Shown here one piece after another: positions 22,101 to 37,100 of a stretch of DNA of 64,000 nucleotides. The translations under genes were made by a program, and so were the position numbers. Source of the DNA: Eledone cirrhosa (taxonomy: Eukaryota); the NCBI GenBank assembly GCA_964016885.1, contig OZ024744.1:17732001-17796000 (forward strand), written 5' to 3'. Under the pieces are notes generated by a model. It was not told where the DNA came from. It saw only the letters and a list, made by a program, of their open reading frames with translations, and ran no database searches. The number at the start of each line of letters is the position of its first letter. Positions within the stretch are counted from its first letter, which is position 1.

Positions 22101-25100
22101 TGTCACTGTGTATGTCAATGTGTGTTTCTGTATGTCAGTGTCACTGTGTATGTCTCTGTATCTTTGTGTAGGTCTGTGTCACTGTGTATGTCACTGTATC
22201 TTTGTGTAGGTCTGTGTCACTGTGTATGTCACTGTGTGTTTCTGTATGTCTGTGTCACTGTGTATGTCACTGTATATTTGTGTATGTCTGTGTCAGTGTG
22301 TATGTCACTGTATGTTTGTGTATGTATGTGTCACTGTGTATGTGACTGTGTGTTTCTGTATGTCTGTGTCACTGTGTATGTCACTGTGTGTTTTGTATGT
22401 CTGTGCCACTGTTTATGTCACTGTATGTTTGTGTATGTCTGTGTCACTGTGTATGTCAATGTGTGTTTCTGTAGGTCTGTGTCACTGTGTATGTCACTGT
22501 ATGTTTGTGTATGTATGTGTGACTGTGTATGTCACTGTATGTTTCCGTATATCTGTGTCACTGTGTATGTCACTGTGTGTTTATGTATGTCTGTGTCACT
22601 GTTTATGTCACTGTATGTTTGTGTATGTCTGTGTCACTGTGTATGTCAATGTCTGTTTCTGTATATCTGTGTCACTGTGTATGTCACTGTGTGTTTCTTT
22701 ATATCTGTGTCACTGTTTATGTCACCCTATGTTTGTGTATGTCTGTGTCACTGTGTATGTCAATGTGTGTTTCTGTAGGTCTGTCTCACTGTGTATGTCA
22801 CTGTATTTTTGTGTATGTATGTGTCACTGTGTATGTTACTGTGTGTTTCTGTATGTCTGTGCCACTGTGTATGACACTGTGTGTTTGTGTATGTCTGTGT
22901 CACTGTGTATGTCACTGTATCTTTGTGTAGGTCTGTGTCACTGTGTATGTCACTGTATGTTTGTGTATGTCTGCGTCACTGTGTATGTCACTGTGTGTTT
23001 CTGTATGTCTGTGTCACTCTGTATGTCACTGTATGTTTCTGTATGTCTGTTTCACTGTGTACGTCACTGTGTGTTTCTGTATGTCTGTGTCACTGTCTAT
23101 GTCACTGTATGTTTCTGAATGTCTGTGTCACTGTGTATGTCACTGTGCGTTTCTGTATGTCTGTGTCACGGTGTATGTCACTGTATGTTTGTGGGTGTCT
23201 GTGTCACTTTGTATGTCACTGTGTGTTTGTGTATGTCTGTATCACTGTATGTTTCTGTATGTTTGGGTCACTGTGTATGTCATTGTGTGTTTCTGTATGT
23301 ATGTGTCACTGTGTATGTCACTGTATGTGTGTGTATGTCTGTGTCACGGTGTATGTCACTGTATCTTTGTGTATGCCTGTGTCACTGTGTATGTCTATGT
23401 GTGTGTCTGTATGTCTGTGTCTCTGTGCATGTCACTGTATCTTTGTGTATGTATGTGTCACTGTGTATGTCACTGTGTGTTTCTGTATGTTTGTGTCACT
23501 GTGTATGTCACTGTGTGTTTCTGCATGTCAGTGTCACTGTGTATGTCACTGTGTGTTTATGTATGTCTGTGTCACTGTATATGTCACTGTATGTTTGTGT
23601 ATGTCTGTGTCACTGTGTATGTCACTGTGTGTTTCTGTATGTCTGTGTCACTGTGTATGTCACTGTGTGTTTCTATATGTCTGTGTCACTGTGTATGTCA
23701 CTGAGTGTTTCTGTATGTCTGTGTCTCTATGTATGTCGCTGTATGTTTGTGTTGTCTGTGTCACTGTGTATGTCACTGTGCGTTTCTGTATGTCTGTGTC
23801 ACTGTGTATGTCACTGTGTGTTTCTGTATGTATGTGTCACTGTGTATGTCACTGTATCTTTGTGTATGTCTGTGTCACTGTGGATGCCACTGTATCTCTG
23901 TGTATGCCTGTGTCACTGTGAATGTCACTGTGTGTTTCTGTATGTCTGTGTCTCTGTGTATGTCACTGTATGTTTGGGCATGTCTGTGTCACTGTGTATG
24001 TCACTGTATGTTTGTGTATGTCTGTGTCACTGTGTATGTCACTGTGTGTTTCTGTATGTATGTGTCACTGTGTATGTCACTGTATATTTGTGTATGTCTG
24101 TGTCACTGTGTATGTCACTGTGTGTTTCTGTGTGTCTGTGTCACTGTGTAGGTCATTGTATCTTTGTGTATGTATGTGGCACTCTGTATGTCATTGTGTG
24201 TTTCTGTATGTCTGTGTCACTGTCTATGTCACTGTATCTTTGTGTATGTCTGTGTCACTGTGTATGTCACTGTATGTTTCTGTATGTCTGTGTCTCTGTG
24301 TATATCACTGTATGTTTGTGTGTGTCTGTGTCACTGTGTATGTCACGGTGTGTTTCTGTATGTCTGTGTCACTGTGTATGTCACTGTGTGTCTGTGTCAC
24401 TGTGCATGTCACTGTGAGTTTCTGTACGTCTGTGTCACTGTGTATGTCACTGGGTGTTTCTGTATGTCTGTGTCACTGTGTATGTCACTGTATGTTTCTG
24501 TATGTCTGTGTCACTGTGTATGTAACTGTATGTTTCTGTATGTCTGTGCCACTGTGTATGTCACTGTATGTTTCTGTATGTCTGTGTCACTGTGTATGTC
24601 ACTGTATGTTTCTGTATGTCTGTGCCACTGTGTATGTCACTGTATGTTTCTGTATGTCTGTGCCACTGTGTATGTCACTGTATGTTTCTGTATGTCTGTG
24701 TCACTGTGTATGTCACTGTATATGTGGGTAGGTCTGTGTCACTGTGTATGTCAGTGTATGTTTGTGTATGTCTGTGTCACTGTGTATGTCACTGTGTGTT
24801 TCTGTGTGTCTGTGTCACTGTGTATGTCACTGTGTGTTTCTGTGTGTCTGTGTCACCGTGTATGTCATTGTATCTTTGTGTATGTGTGTGTCACTGTGTA
24901 TGTCACTGTGTGTTTCTGTATGTATGTGTCACTGTCTATGTCACTGTGTGTTTCTGTATATCTGTGTCACTGTATATGTCACTGTATGTTTGTGTGTGTC
25001 TGTGTCACTGTGTATGTCACTGTATCTTTGTGTATGTCTGTGTCACTGTGTATGTCACTGTATCTTTGTGTATGTCTGTGTCACTGTGTATGTCACTGTA

Positions 25101-28100
25101 TGTTTGTGTATGTCTGTGTCACTGTGTATGTCACTGTATATTTGTGTGTGTCTGTGTCACTGTGTATGTCACTGTATGTTTCTGAATGTCGGTGTCACTG
25201 TGTATGTCACTGTATGTTTGTGTATGTCTGTGTCACTGTGTATGTCGCTGTATGTTTGTGTATGTCTGTGTCTCTGTGTATGTCACTGTGTGTTCTGTAT
25301 GTCTGTGTCACTGTGTATGTCAATGTGTGTTTCTGTATGTCAGTGTCACTGTGTATGTCTCTGTATCTTTGTGTAGGTCTGTGTCACTGTGTATGTCACT
25401 GTATCTTTGTGTATGACTGTGTCACTGTGTATGTCACTGTGTGTTTCTGTATGTCTGTGTCACTGTGTATGTCACTGTATATTTGTGTATGTCTGTGTCA
25501 GTGTGTATGTCACTGTATGTTTGTGTATGTCTGTGTCACTGTGTATGTAACTGTGTGTTTCTGTATGTCTGTGTCACTGTGTATGTCACTGTGTGTTTTT
25601 GTATGTCTGTGCCACTCTTTATGTCACTGTATGTTTGTGTATGTCTGTGTCACTGTGTATGTCAATGTGTGTTTCTGTAGGTCTGTGTCACTGTATATGT
25701 CACTGTATGTTTGTGTATGTCTGTGTCACTGTGTATGTAACTGTGTGTTTCTGTATGTCTGTGTCACTGTATATGTCACTGTGTGTTTTTGTATATCTGT
25801 GCCACTGTTTATGTCACTGTATGTTTGTGTATGTCTGTGTCACTGTGTATGTCAATGTGTGTTTCTGTATGTCTGTGTCACTGTGTATGTCATTGTATGT
25901 TTGTGTATGTATGTGTGACTGTGTATGTCACTGTATGTTTCCGTATATCTGTGTCACTGTGTATGTCACTGTGTGTTTATGTATGTCTGTGTCACTGTTT
26001 ATGTCACTGTATGTTTGTGTATGTCTGTGTCACTGTGTATGTCAATGTCTGTTTCTGTATATCTGTGTCACTGTGTATGTCACTGTGTGTTTCTGTATAT
26101 CTGTGTCACTGTTTATGTCACCCTATGTTTGTGTATGTCTGTGTCACTGTGTATGTCAATGTGTGTTTCTGTAGGTCTGTCTCACTGTGTATGTCACTGT
26201 ATTTTTGTGTATGTATGTGTCACTGTGTATGTGACTGTGTGTTTCTGTATGTCTGTGCCACTGTGTATGACACTGTGTGTTTGTGTATGTCTGTGTCACT
26301 GTGTATGTCACTGAATCTTTGTGTAGTTCTGTGTCACTGTGTATGTCACTGTATGTTTGTGTATGTCTGCGTCACTGTGTATGTCACTGTGTGTTTCTGT
26401 ATGTCTGTGTCACTCTGTATGTCACTGTATGTTTCTGTATGACTGTTTCACTGTGTATGTCACTGTATCTTTGTGTATGTCTGTGTCACTGTGTACGCCA
26501 CTTAGTGTTCCTGTTTGTCTGTGTCACTGTCTATGTCACTGTATGTTTCTGAATGTCTGTGTCACTGTGTATGTCACTGTGTGTTTCTGTATGTCTGTGT
26601 CAAGGTGTATGTCACTGTGTGTCAGTGTCACTGTGTATGTCACTGTGTGTTTTTGTATATCTGTGCCACTGTTTATGTCACTGTATGTTTGTGTATGTCT
26701 GTGTCACTGTGTATGTCAATGTGTGTTTCTGTATGTCTGTGTCACTGTGTATGTCATTGTATGTTTGTGTATGTATGTGTGACTGTGTATGTCACTGTGT
26801 GTTCTGTATGTCTGTGTCACTGTGTATGTCACTGTGTGTTTCTGTATGTCTGTGTCACTGTTTATGTCTCTGTATGTTTGTGTATGTCTGTGTCACTGTG
26901 TATGTCAATGTCTGTTTCTGTATATCTGTGTCACTGTGTATGTCACTGTCTGTTTCTGTATGTCTGTGTCACTGTTTATGTCACCCTATGTTTCTGTATG
27001 TCTGTGTCACTGTGTATGTCAATGTGTGTTTCTGTAGGCCTGTCTCACTGTGTATGTTACTGTATGTTTGTGTATGTCTGTGTCACTGTGTATGTCACTG
27101 TGTGTTTCTGTGTATCTGTGTCACTGTGTATGTTACTGTGTGTTTCTGTATGTCTGTGCCACTGTGTATGACACTGTGTGTTTGTGTATGTCTGTGTCAC
27201 TGTGTATGTCACTGTATGTTTGTGTATGTCTGCGTCACTGTGTATGTCACTGTGTGTTTCTGTATGTCTGTGTCACTCTGTATGTCACTGTATGTTTCTG
27301 TATGTCTGTTTCACTGTGTATGTCACTGTATCTTTGTGTATGTCTGTGTCACTGTGTACGTCACTGTGTGTTTCTGTATGTCTGTGTCACTGTCTATGTC
27401 ACTGTATGTTTCTGAATGTCTGTGTCACTGTGTATGTCACTGTGTGTTTCTGTATGCCTGTGTCACTGTGTATGTCACTGTGTGATTATGTATGTCTTTG
27501 TCACTGTGTATGTCACTGTGTGTTTCTGTATGTTTGTGTCACTGTGTATGTCACTAAATGTGTGTGTGTGTCTGTGTTTCTGTGTATGTCACTGTGTGTT
27601 TGCGTGTGTCTGTGTCACTGTGTATGTCACTGTGTGTGTCTGTTTGTCTGTGAGACTGCGTATGTCACTGTTTGTTTGTGTATGTCTGTGTCACTGTGTG
27701 TGTTTCTGTATGTCTGTGTCACTGTGTATGTCATTGTATCTTTGTGTATGTCTGTGTCACTCTGTATGTCACTGTGTGTTTCTGCATGTCTGTGTCACTG
27801 TGTATGTCACTGTGTGTTTCTGTATGTCTGTGTCACTGTGTATGTCACTGTATATTTGTGTGTGTCTGTGTCACTGTGTATGTCACAGTATATTTCTGTA
27901 TGTCTGTTTCACTCTGTATGTCACTGTGTGTTTCTGTATGTCTGTGTCACTGTATATGTCACTGTATCTTTGTGTATGCCTGTGTCACTGTCTATGTCAC
28001 TGTATGTTTCTGTATGTCTGTTTCACTGTGCATGTCATTGTATCTTTGTGTATGTCTGTGTCACTCTGTATGTCACTAAGTGTTTCTGCATGTCTGTGTC

Positions 28101-31100
28101 ACTGTGTATGTCATTGTGTGTTTCTGTATGTCTGTGTCACTGTGTATGTCTCTGTGTGTTTCTGTATGTCTGTGTCTCTGTGTATGTCACTGTATCTTTG
28201 TGTATGTATGTGTCACTGTGTATGTCACTGTGTGTTTCTGTATGTTTGTGTCACTGTGTATGTCACTGTGTGTTTCTGCATGTCAGTGTCACTGTGTATG
28301 TCACTGTGTGTTTCTGTATGTCTGTGTCACTGTATATGTCACTGTATGTTTGTGTATGTCTGTGTCACTGTGTATGTCACTGTGTGTTTCTGTATGTCTG
28401 CGTCACTGTGTATGTCACTGTGTGTTTCTATACGTCTGTGTCAGTGTGTATGTCACTGAGTGTTTCTGTATGTCTGTGTCACTATGTATGTCGCTGTATG
28501 TTTGTGTTGTCTGTGTCACTGTGTATGTCACTGTGCGTTTCTGTATGTATGTATCACTGTGTATGTCACTGTGTGTTTCTGTATGTCTGTGTCACTGTCT
28601 ATGTCACTGTATCTTTCTGTATGTCTGTGTCACTCTGTATGTCAATGTGTGTTTCTGTATGTATGTGTCTCTGTGTATGTCACTGTATCTTTGTGTGTGT
28701 ATGTGTCACTGTGTATGTCACTGTGTGTTTCTGTATGTCTGTGTCACTGTTTATGTCACTGTGTGTTTCTGTATGTCTGTGTCACTGTGTATGTCAATGT
28801 GTGTTTCTGTATGTCTGTGTCACTGTGTATGTCACTGTATGTTTGTGTATGTATGTGTGACTGTGTATGTCACTGTATGTTTCTGTATATCTGTGTCACT
28901 GTGTATGTCACTGTGTGTTTCTGTATGTCTGTGTCACTGTTTATGGCACTGTATGTTTGTGTATGTCTGTATCACTGTGTATGTCAATGTTTGTTTCTGT
29001 AGGTCTGTGTCACTGTGTATGTCACTGTATGTTTGTGTATGTCTGTGTCACTGTGTATGTCACTGTGTGTCTGTGTCACTGTGTATGTCACTGTGTGTTT
29101 TTGTATATCTGTGCCACTGCTTATGTCACTGTATGTTTGTGTATGTCTGTGTCACTGTGTATGTCACTGTATCTTTGTGTATGTCTGTGTCACTCTATAT
29201 GTCACTGTGTGTTTCTGCATGTCTGTGTCACTGTGTATGTCACTGTGTGTTTCTGTATGTCTGTGTCACTGTGTATGTCACTGTGTGTTTGTGTATGTCT
29301 GTGTCACTGTGTATGTCACTGTATGTTTGTGTATGTCTGTGTCACTGTGTATGTCACTGTGTGTTTCTGTGTGTCTGTGTCACTGTGCATGTCACTGTAT
29401 GTTTGTGTATGTCTGTGTCACTGTGTATGTCACTGTGAGTTTCTGTGTGTCTGTGTCACTGTATATGTCACTGTGAATTTCTGTATGTCTGTGTCACTGT
29501 GTATGTCACTGTGAGTTTCTGTATGTCTGTGTCACTGTGTATATCACTGTATGTTTGTGTGTCTGTGTCACTGTGTATGTCACTGTGTGTTTCTGTGTGT
29601 CTGTGTTACTGTGTATGTCACTGTGAGTTTCTGTATGACCGTGTCACTGTGTATGTCACTGTGTGTTTCTGTGTGTCTGTGTCACTGTGTATGTCACTGT
29701 ATGTTTCTGTATGTCTGTGTCACTGTGTATATCACTGTGTGTTTGTGTATGTCTGTGTCAATGTGTGTGTTTCTGTATGTCTGTGTCACTGTGTATGTCA
29801 CTGTATGTTTCTGTATATATGTGTCACTGTGTATATCACTGTATCTTTGTGTATGTCTGTGTCACTGTGTATGTCACTGTGTGTTTCTGTATGTCTGTGT
29901 CACTGTGTATGTCACTGAGAGTTTCTGTATGTCTGTGTCACTGTGTATGTCACTGTGTGTTTCTGTATGTCTGTGTCACTGTGTATGTCACTGTGTGTTT
30001 CTGTATGTATGTGTCACTGTGTATGTCACTGTATCTTTGTGTATGTCTGTGTCACTGTGGATGTCACTGTATCTCTGTGTATGCCTGTTTTCACTGTGAA
30101 TGTCACTGTGTTTTTCTGTATGTCTGTGTCTCTGTGTATGTCACTGTATGTTTGGGAATATCTGTGTCAATGTGTATGTCACTGTATGTTTGTGTATGTC
30201 TGTGTCACTGTGTATGTCACTGTGTGTTTCTGTATGTATGTGTCACTGTGTATGTCACTGTATATTTGTGTATGTCTGTGTCACTGTGTATATCACTGTG
30301 TGCTTCTGTGTGTCTGTGTCACTGTGTAAGTCATTGTATCTTTGTGTATGTATGTGGCACTCTGTATGTCATTGTGTGTTTCTGTATGTCTGTGTCACTG
30401 TCTATGTCACTGTATCTTTGTGTATGTCTGTGTCACTGTGTATGTCAATGTATGTTTCTGTATGTCTGTGTCTCTGTGTATATCACTGTATGTTTGTGTG
30501 TGTCTGTGTCACTGTGTATGTCACTGTGTGTTTCTGTGTGTCTGTGTCACTGTGTATGTCACGGTGTGTTTCTGTATGTCTGTGTCACTGTGTGTCTGTG
30601 TCACTGTGTATGTCACTGTGAGTTTCTGTACGTCTGTGCCACTGTGTATGTCACTGGGTGTTTCTGTATGTCTGTGTCACTGTGTATGTCACTCTATGTT
30701 TCTGTATGTCTGTGTCACTGTGTATGTAACTGTATGTTTCTGTATGTCTGTGTCACTGTGTATGTCACTGTATATGTGGGTAGGTCTGTGTCACTGTGTA
30801 TGTCAGTGTATGTTTGTGTATGTCTGTGTCACTGTGTATGTCACTGTGTGTTTCTGTGTGTCTGTGTCACTGTGCATGTCACTGTGTGTCTGTGTCACCG
30901 TGTATGTCATTGTGTGTTTGTGTATGTCTGTGTCACTGTGTATGACACTGTGTGTTTCTGTGTGTCTGTGTCACCGTGTATGTCATTGTATCTTTGTGTA
31001 TGTGTGTGTCACTGTGTATGTCACTGTGTGTTTCTGTATGTATGTGTCACTGTGTATGTCACTGTGTGTTTCTGTATATCTGTGTCACTGTATATGTCAC

Positions 31101-34100
31101 TGTATGTTTGTGTGTGTCTGTGTCACTGTGTATGTCACTGTATCTTTGTGTATGTCTGTGTCACTGTGTATGTCACTGTATCTTTGTGTATGTCTGTGTA
31201 ACTGTGTATGTCACTGTATCTTTGTGTATGTCTGTGTCACTGTCTATGTCACTGTATATTTGTGTGTGTCTGTGTCACTGTGTATGTCACTGTATGTTTC
31301 TGAATGTCTGCGTCACTGTGTATATCACTGTATGTTTGTGTATGTCTGCGTCTCTGTGTATGTCACTGTGTGTTTCTGAATGTCTGTGTCACTGTGTATG
31401 TCAATGTGTGTTTCTGTATGTCAGTGTCACTGTGTATGTCACTGTATCTTTGTGTAGGTCTGTGTCACTGTGTATGTCACTGTATCTTTGTGTGTGAATG
31501 TGTCACTGTGTATGTCACTGTGTGTTTCTGTATGTCTGTGTCACTGTGTATGTCACTGTATATCTGTGTATGTCTGTGTCAGTGCGTATGTCACTGTATG
31601 TTTCTGTATGTCTGTGTCACTGTGTATGTTACTGTGTGTTTCTGTATGTCTGTGTCACTGTGTATGTCACTGTGTGTTTTTGTATGTCTGTGCCACTTTT
31701 TATGTCACTGTATGTTTGTGTATGTCTGTGTCAGTGTGTATGTCACTGTGTGTTTCTGTATGTCTGTGTCACTGTGTATGTCACTGTGTGTTTCTGTATG
31801 TATGTGTCACTGTGTATGTCACTGTATCTTTGTGTATGTCTGTGTCACTGTGGATGCCACTGTATCTCTGTGTATGCCTGTGTCACTGTGAATGTCACTG
31901 TGTGTTTCTGTATGTCTGTGTCTCTGTGTATGTCACTGTATGTTTGGGCATGTCTGTGTCACTGTGTATGTCACTGTATGTTTGTGTATGTCTGTGTCAC
32001 TGTGTATGTCACTGTGTGTTTCTGTATGTATGTGTCACTGTGTATGTCACTGTATATTTGTGTATGTCTGTGTCACTGTGTATGTCACTGTGTGTTTCTG
32101 TGCGTCTGTGTCACTGAGTAAGTCATTGTATCTTTGTGTATGTATGTGGCACTCTGTATGTCATTGTGTGTTTCTGTATGTCTGTGTCACTGTCTATGTC
32201 ACTGTATCTTTGTGTATGTCTGTGTCACTGTGTATGTCACTGTATGTTTCTGTATGTCTGTGTCTCTGTGTATATCACTGTATGTTTGTGTGTGTCTGTG
32301 TCACTGTGTATGTCACGGTGTGTTTCTGTATGTCTGTGTCACTGTGTATGTCACTGTGTGTCTGTGTCACTGTGCATGTCACTGTGAGTTTCTGTACGGC
32401 TGTGTCACTGTGTATGTCACTGGGTGTTTCTGTATGTCTGTGTCACTGTGTATGTCACTGTATGTTTCTGTATGTCTGTGTCACTGTGTATGTAACTATA
32501 AGTTTCTGTATGTCTGTGCCACTGTGTATGTCACTGTATATGTGGGTAGGTCTGTGTCACTGTGTATGTCAGTGTATGTTTGTGTATGTCTGTGTCACTG
32601 TGTATGTCACTGTGTGTTTCTGTGTGTCTGTGTCACTGTGTATGTCACTGTGTGTTTCTGTGTGTCTGTGTCACCGTGTATGTCATTGTATCTTTGTGTA
32701 TGTGTGTGTCACTGTGTATGTCACTGTATGTTTGTGTGTGTCTGTGTCACTGTGTATGTCACTGTATCTTTGTGTATATCTGTGTCACTGTGTATGTCAC
32801 TGTATCTTTGTGTATGTCTGTGTCACTGTGTATGTCACTGTATGTTTGTGTATGTCTGTGTCACTGTGTATGTCACTGTATATTTGTGTGTGTCTGTGTC
32901 ACTGTGTATGTCACTGTATGTTTCTGAATGTCTGTGTCACTGTGTATGTCACTGTATGTTTGTGTATGTCTGTGTCACTGTGTATGTCGCTGTATGTTTG
33001 TGTATGTCTGTGTCTCTGTGTATGTCACTGTTTGTTCTGTATGTCTGTGTCACTTTGTATGTCAATGTGTGTTTCTGTATGTCAGTGTCACTGTGTATGT
33101 CTCTGTATCTTTGTGTATGACTGTGTCACTGTGTATGTCACTGTGTGTTTCTGTATGTCTGTGTCACTGTGTATGTCACTGTATATTTGTGTATGTCTGT
33201 GTCAGTGTGTATGTCACTGTGTGTTTGTGTATGTCTGTGTCACTGTGTATGTAACTGTGTGTTTCTGTATGTCTGTGCCACTGTTTATGTCACTGTATGT
33301 TTGTGTATGTCTGTGTCACTGTGTATGTCAATGTGTGTTTCTGTAGGTCTGTGTCACTGTGTATGTCACTGTATGTTTGTGTATGTATGTGTGACTGTGT
33401 ATGTCACTGTATGTTTCCGTATATCTGTGTAACTGTGTATGTCACTGTGTGTTTATGTATGTCTGTGTCACTGTTTATGTCACTGTATGTTTGTGTATGT
33501 CTGTGTCACTGTGTATGTCAATGTCTGTTTCTGTATATCTGTGTCACTGTGTATGTCACTGTGTGTTTCTGTATATCTGTGTCACTGTTTATGTCACCCT
33601 ATGTTTGTGTATGTCTGTGTCACTGTGTATGTCAATGTGTGTTTCTGTAGGTCTGTGTCACTGTGTATGTCACTGTATTTTTGTGTATGTATGTGTCACT
33701 GTGTATGTGACTGTGTGTTTCTGTATGTCTGTGCCACTGTGTATGACACTGTGTGTTTGTGTATGTCTGTGTCACTGTGTATGTCACTGTATCTTTGTGT
33801 AGGTCTGTGTCACTGTGTATGTCACTGTATGTTTGTGTATGTCTGCGTCACTGTGTATGTCACTGTGTGTTTCTGTATGTCTGTGTCACTCTGTATGTCA
33901 CTGTATGTTTCTGTATGTCTGTTTCACTGTGTATGTCACTGTATCTTTGTGTATGTCTGTGTCACTGTGTACGTCACTTAGTGTACCTGTTTGTCTGTGT
34001 CACTGTCTATGTCACTGTATGTTTCTGAATGTCTGTGTCACTGTGTATGTCACTGTGTGTTTCTGTATGTCTGTGTCAAGGTGTATGTCACTGTGTGTCA

Positions 34101-37100
34101 GTGTCACTGTGTATGTCACTGTGTGTTTTTGTATATCTGTGCCACTGTTTATGTCACTGTATGTTTGTGTATGTCTGTGTCACTGTGTATGTCAATGTGT
34201 GTTTCTGTATGTCTGTGACACTGTGTATGTCACTGTATGTTTGTGTATGTATGTGTGACTGTGTATGTCACTGTATGTTTCTGTATATCTGTGTCACTGT
34301 GTATGTCACTGTGTGTTTCTGTATATCTGTGTCACTGTTTATGTCACTGTCTGTTTCTGTATGTCTGTGTCACTGTTTATGTCACCCTATGTTTATGTAT
34401 GTCTGTGTCACTGTTTATGTCACTGTATGTTTGTGTATGTCTGTGTCACTGTGTATGTCAATGTCTGTTTCTGTATATCTGTGTCACTGTGTATGTCACT
34501 GTCTGTTTCTGTATGTCTGTGTCACTGTTTATGTCACCCTATGTTTATGTATGTCTGTGTCACTGTGTATGTCAATGTGTGTTTCTGTAGGCCTGTCTCA
34601 CTGTGTATGTCACTGTATGTTTGTGTATGTCTGTGTCACTGTGTATGTCACTGTGTGTTTCTGTGTATCTGTGTCACTGTGTATGTTACTGTGTGTTTCC
34701 GTATGTCTGTGCCACTGTGTATGTCACTGTATCTTTGTGTAGGTCTGTGTCACTGTGTATGTCACTGTATGTTTGTGTATGTCTGCGTCACTGTGTATGA
34801 CACTGTGTGTTTGTGTATGTCTGTGTCACTGTGTATGTCACTGTATCTTTGTGTAGGTCTGTGTCACTGGGTATGTCACTGTATGTTTGTGTATGTCTGC
34901 GTCACTGTGTATGTCACTGTGTGTTTCTGTATCTCTGTGTCACTCTGTATGTCACTGTATGTTTCTGTATGTCTGTTTGACTGTGTATGTCACTGTATAT
35001 TTGTGTATGTCTGTGTCACTGTGTACGTCACTGTGGGTTTCTGTATGTCTGTGTCACTGTCTATGTCACTGTATGTTTCTGAATGTCTGTGTCACTGTGT
35101 ATGTCACTGTGTGTTTCTGTATGCCTGTGTCACTGTGTATGTCACTGTGTGATTATGTTTGTCTTTGTCACTGTGTATGTCACTGTGTGTTTCTGTATGT
35201 TTGTGTCACTGTGTATGTCACTAAATGTGTGTGTGTGTCTGTGTTTCTGTGTATGTCACTGTGTGTTTGCGTGTGTCTGTGTCACTGTGTATGTCACTGT
35301 GTGATACTGTATGTCTGTGTCACTGTGTATGTCACTGTGTGTTTCTGTATGTTTGTGTCACTGTGTATGTCACTAAATGTTTGTGTGTGTCTGTGTCTCT
35401 GTCTATGTCACTGTGTGTTTGCGTGTGTCTGTGTCACTGTGTATGTCACTGTGTGTTTCTGTATGTCTGTGTCACTGTGTATGTCATTGTATCTTTGTGT
35501 ATGTCTGTGTCACTGTGTATGTCACTGTATCTTTGTGTATGTCTGTGTCACTCTATATGTCACTGTGTGTTTCTGCATGTCTGTGTCACTGTGTATGTCA
35601 CTGTGTGTTTCTGTATGTCTGTGTCACTGTGTATGTCACTGTGTGTTTGTGTATGTCTGTGTCACTGTGTATGTCACTGTATGTTTGTGTATGTCTGTGT
35701 CACTGTGTATGTCACTGTGTGTTTCTGTGTGTCTGTGTCACTGTGTATGTCACTGTATGTTTGTGTATGTCTGTGTCACTGTGTATGTCACTGTGTGTTT
35801 CTGTGTGTCTGTGTCACTGTGTATGTCACTGTGAGTTTCTGTATGTCTGTGTCACTGTGTATGTCACTGTGAGTTTATGTATGTCTGTGTCACTGTGTAT
35901 ATCACTGTATGTTTGTGTGTCTGTGTCACTGTGTATGTCACTGTGTGTTTCTGTGTGTCTGTGTTACTGCGTATGTCACTGTGAGTTTCTGTATGACCGT
36001 GTCACTGTGTATGTCACTGTGTGTTTCTGTGTGTCTGTGTCACTGTGTATGTCACTGTATGTTTCTGTATGTCTGTGTCACTGTGTATATGACTGTGTGT
36101 TTGTGTATGTCTGTGTCAATGTGTGTGTTTCTGGATGTCTGTGTCACTGTGTATGTCACTGTATGTTTCTGGATATATGTGTCACTGTGTATATCACTGT
36201 ATCTTTGTGTATGTCTGTGTCACTGTGCATGTCACTGTGTGTTTCTGTATGTCTGTGTCACTGTGTATGTCACTGTGAGTTTCTGTATGTCTGTGTCACT
36301 GTGTATGTCACTGTGTGTTTCTGTATGTCTGTGTCACTGTGTATGTCACTGTGTGTTTCTGTATGTCTGTGTCTCTGTGTATGTCACTGTATGTTTGGGC
36401 ATGTCTGTGTCACTGTGTATGTCACTGTATGTTTGCGTATGTCTGTATCACTGTGTATGTCACTGTGTGTTTTTGTATGTATGTGTCACTGTGTATGTCA
36501 CTGTATCTTTGTGTATGTCTGTGTCACTGTGGATGTCACTGTATCTCTGTGTATGCCTGTGTCACTGTGAATGTCACTGTGTTTTTCTGTATGTCTGTGT
36601 CTCTGTGTATGTCACTGTATGTTTGGGCATATCTGTGTCAATGTGTATGTCACTGTATGTTTGTGTATGTCTGTGTCACTGTGTATGTCACTGTGTGTTT
36701 CTGTATGTATGTGTCACTGTGTATGTCACTGTATATTTGTGTATGTCTGTGTCACTGTGTATGTCACTGTGTGTTTCTGTGTGTCTGTGTCATTGTGTAA
36801 GTCATTGTATCTTTGTGTATGTATGTGGCACTCTGTATGTCATTTGTGTTTCTGTATGTCTGTGTCACTGTCTATGTCACTGTATCTTTGTGTATGTCTG
36901 TGTCACTGTGTATGTCACTGTATGTTTCTGTATGTCTGTGTCTCTGTGTATATCACTGTATGTTTGTGTGTGTCTGTGTCACTGTGTATGTCACTGTGTG
37001 TTTCTGTGTGTCTGTGTCACTGTGTATGTCACGGTGTGTTTCTGTATGTCTGTGTCACTGTGTATGTCACTGTGTGTCTGTGTCACTGTGTATGTCACTG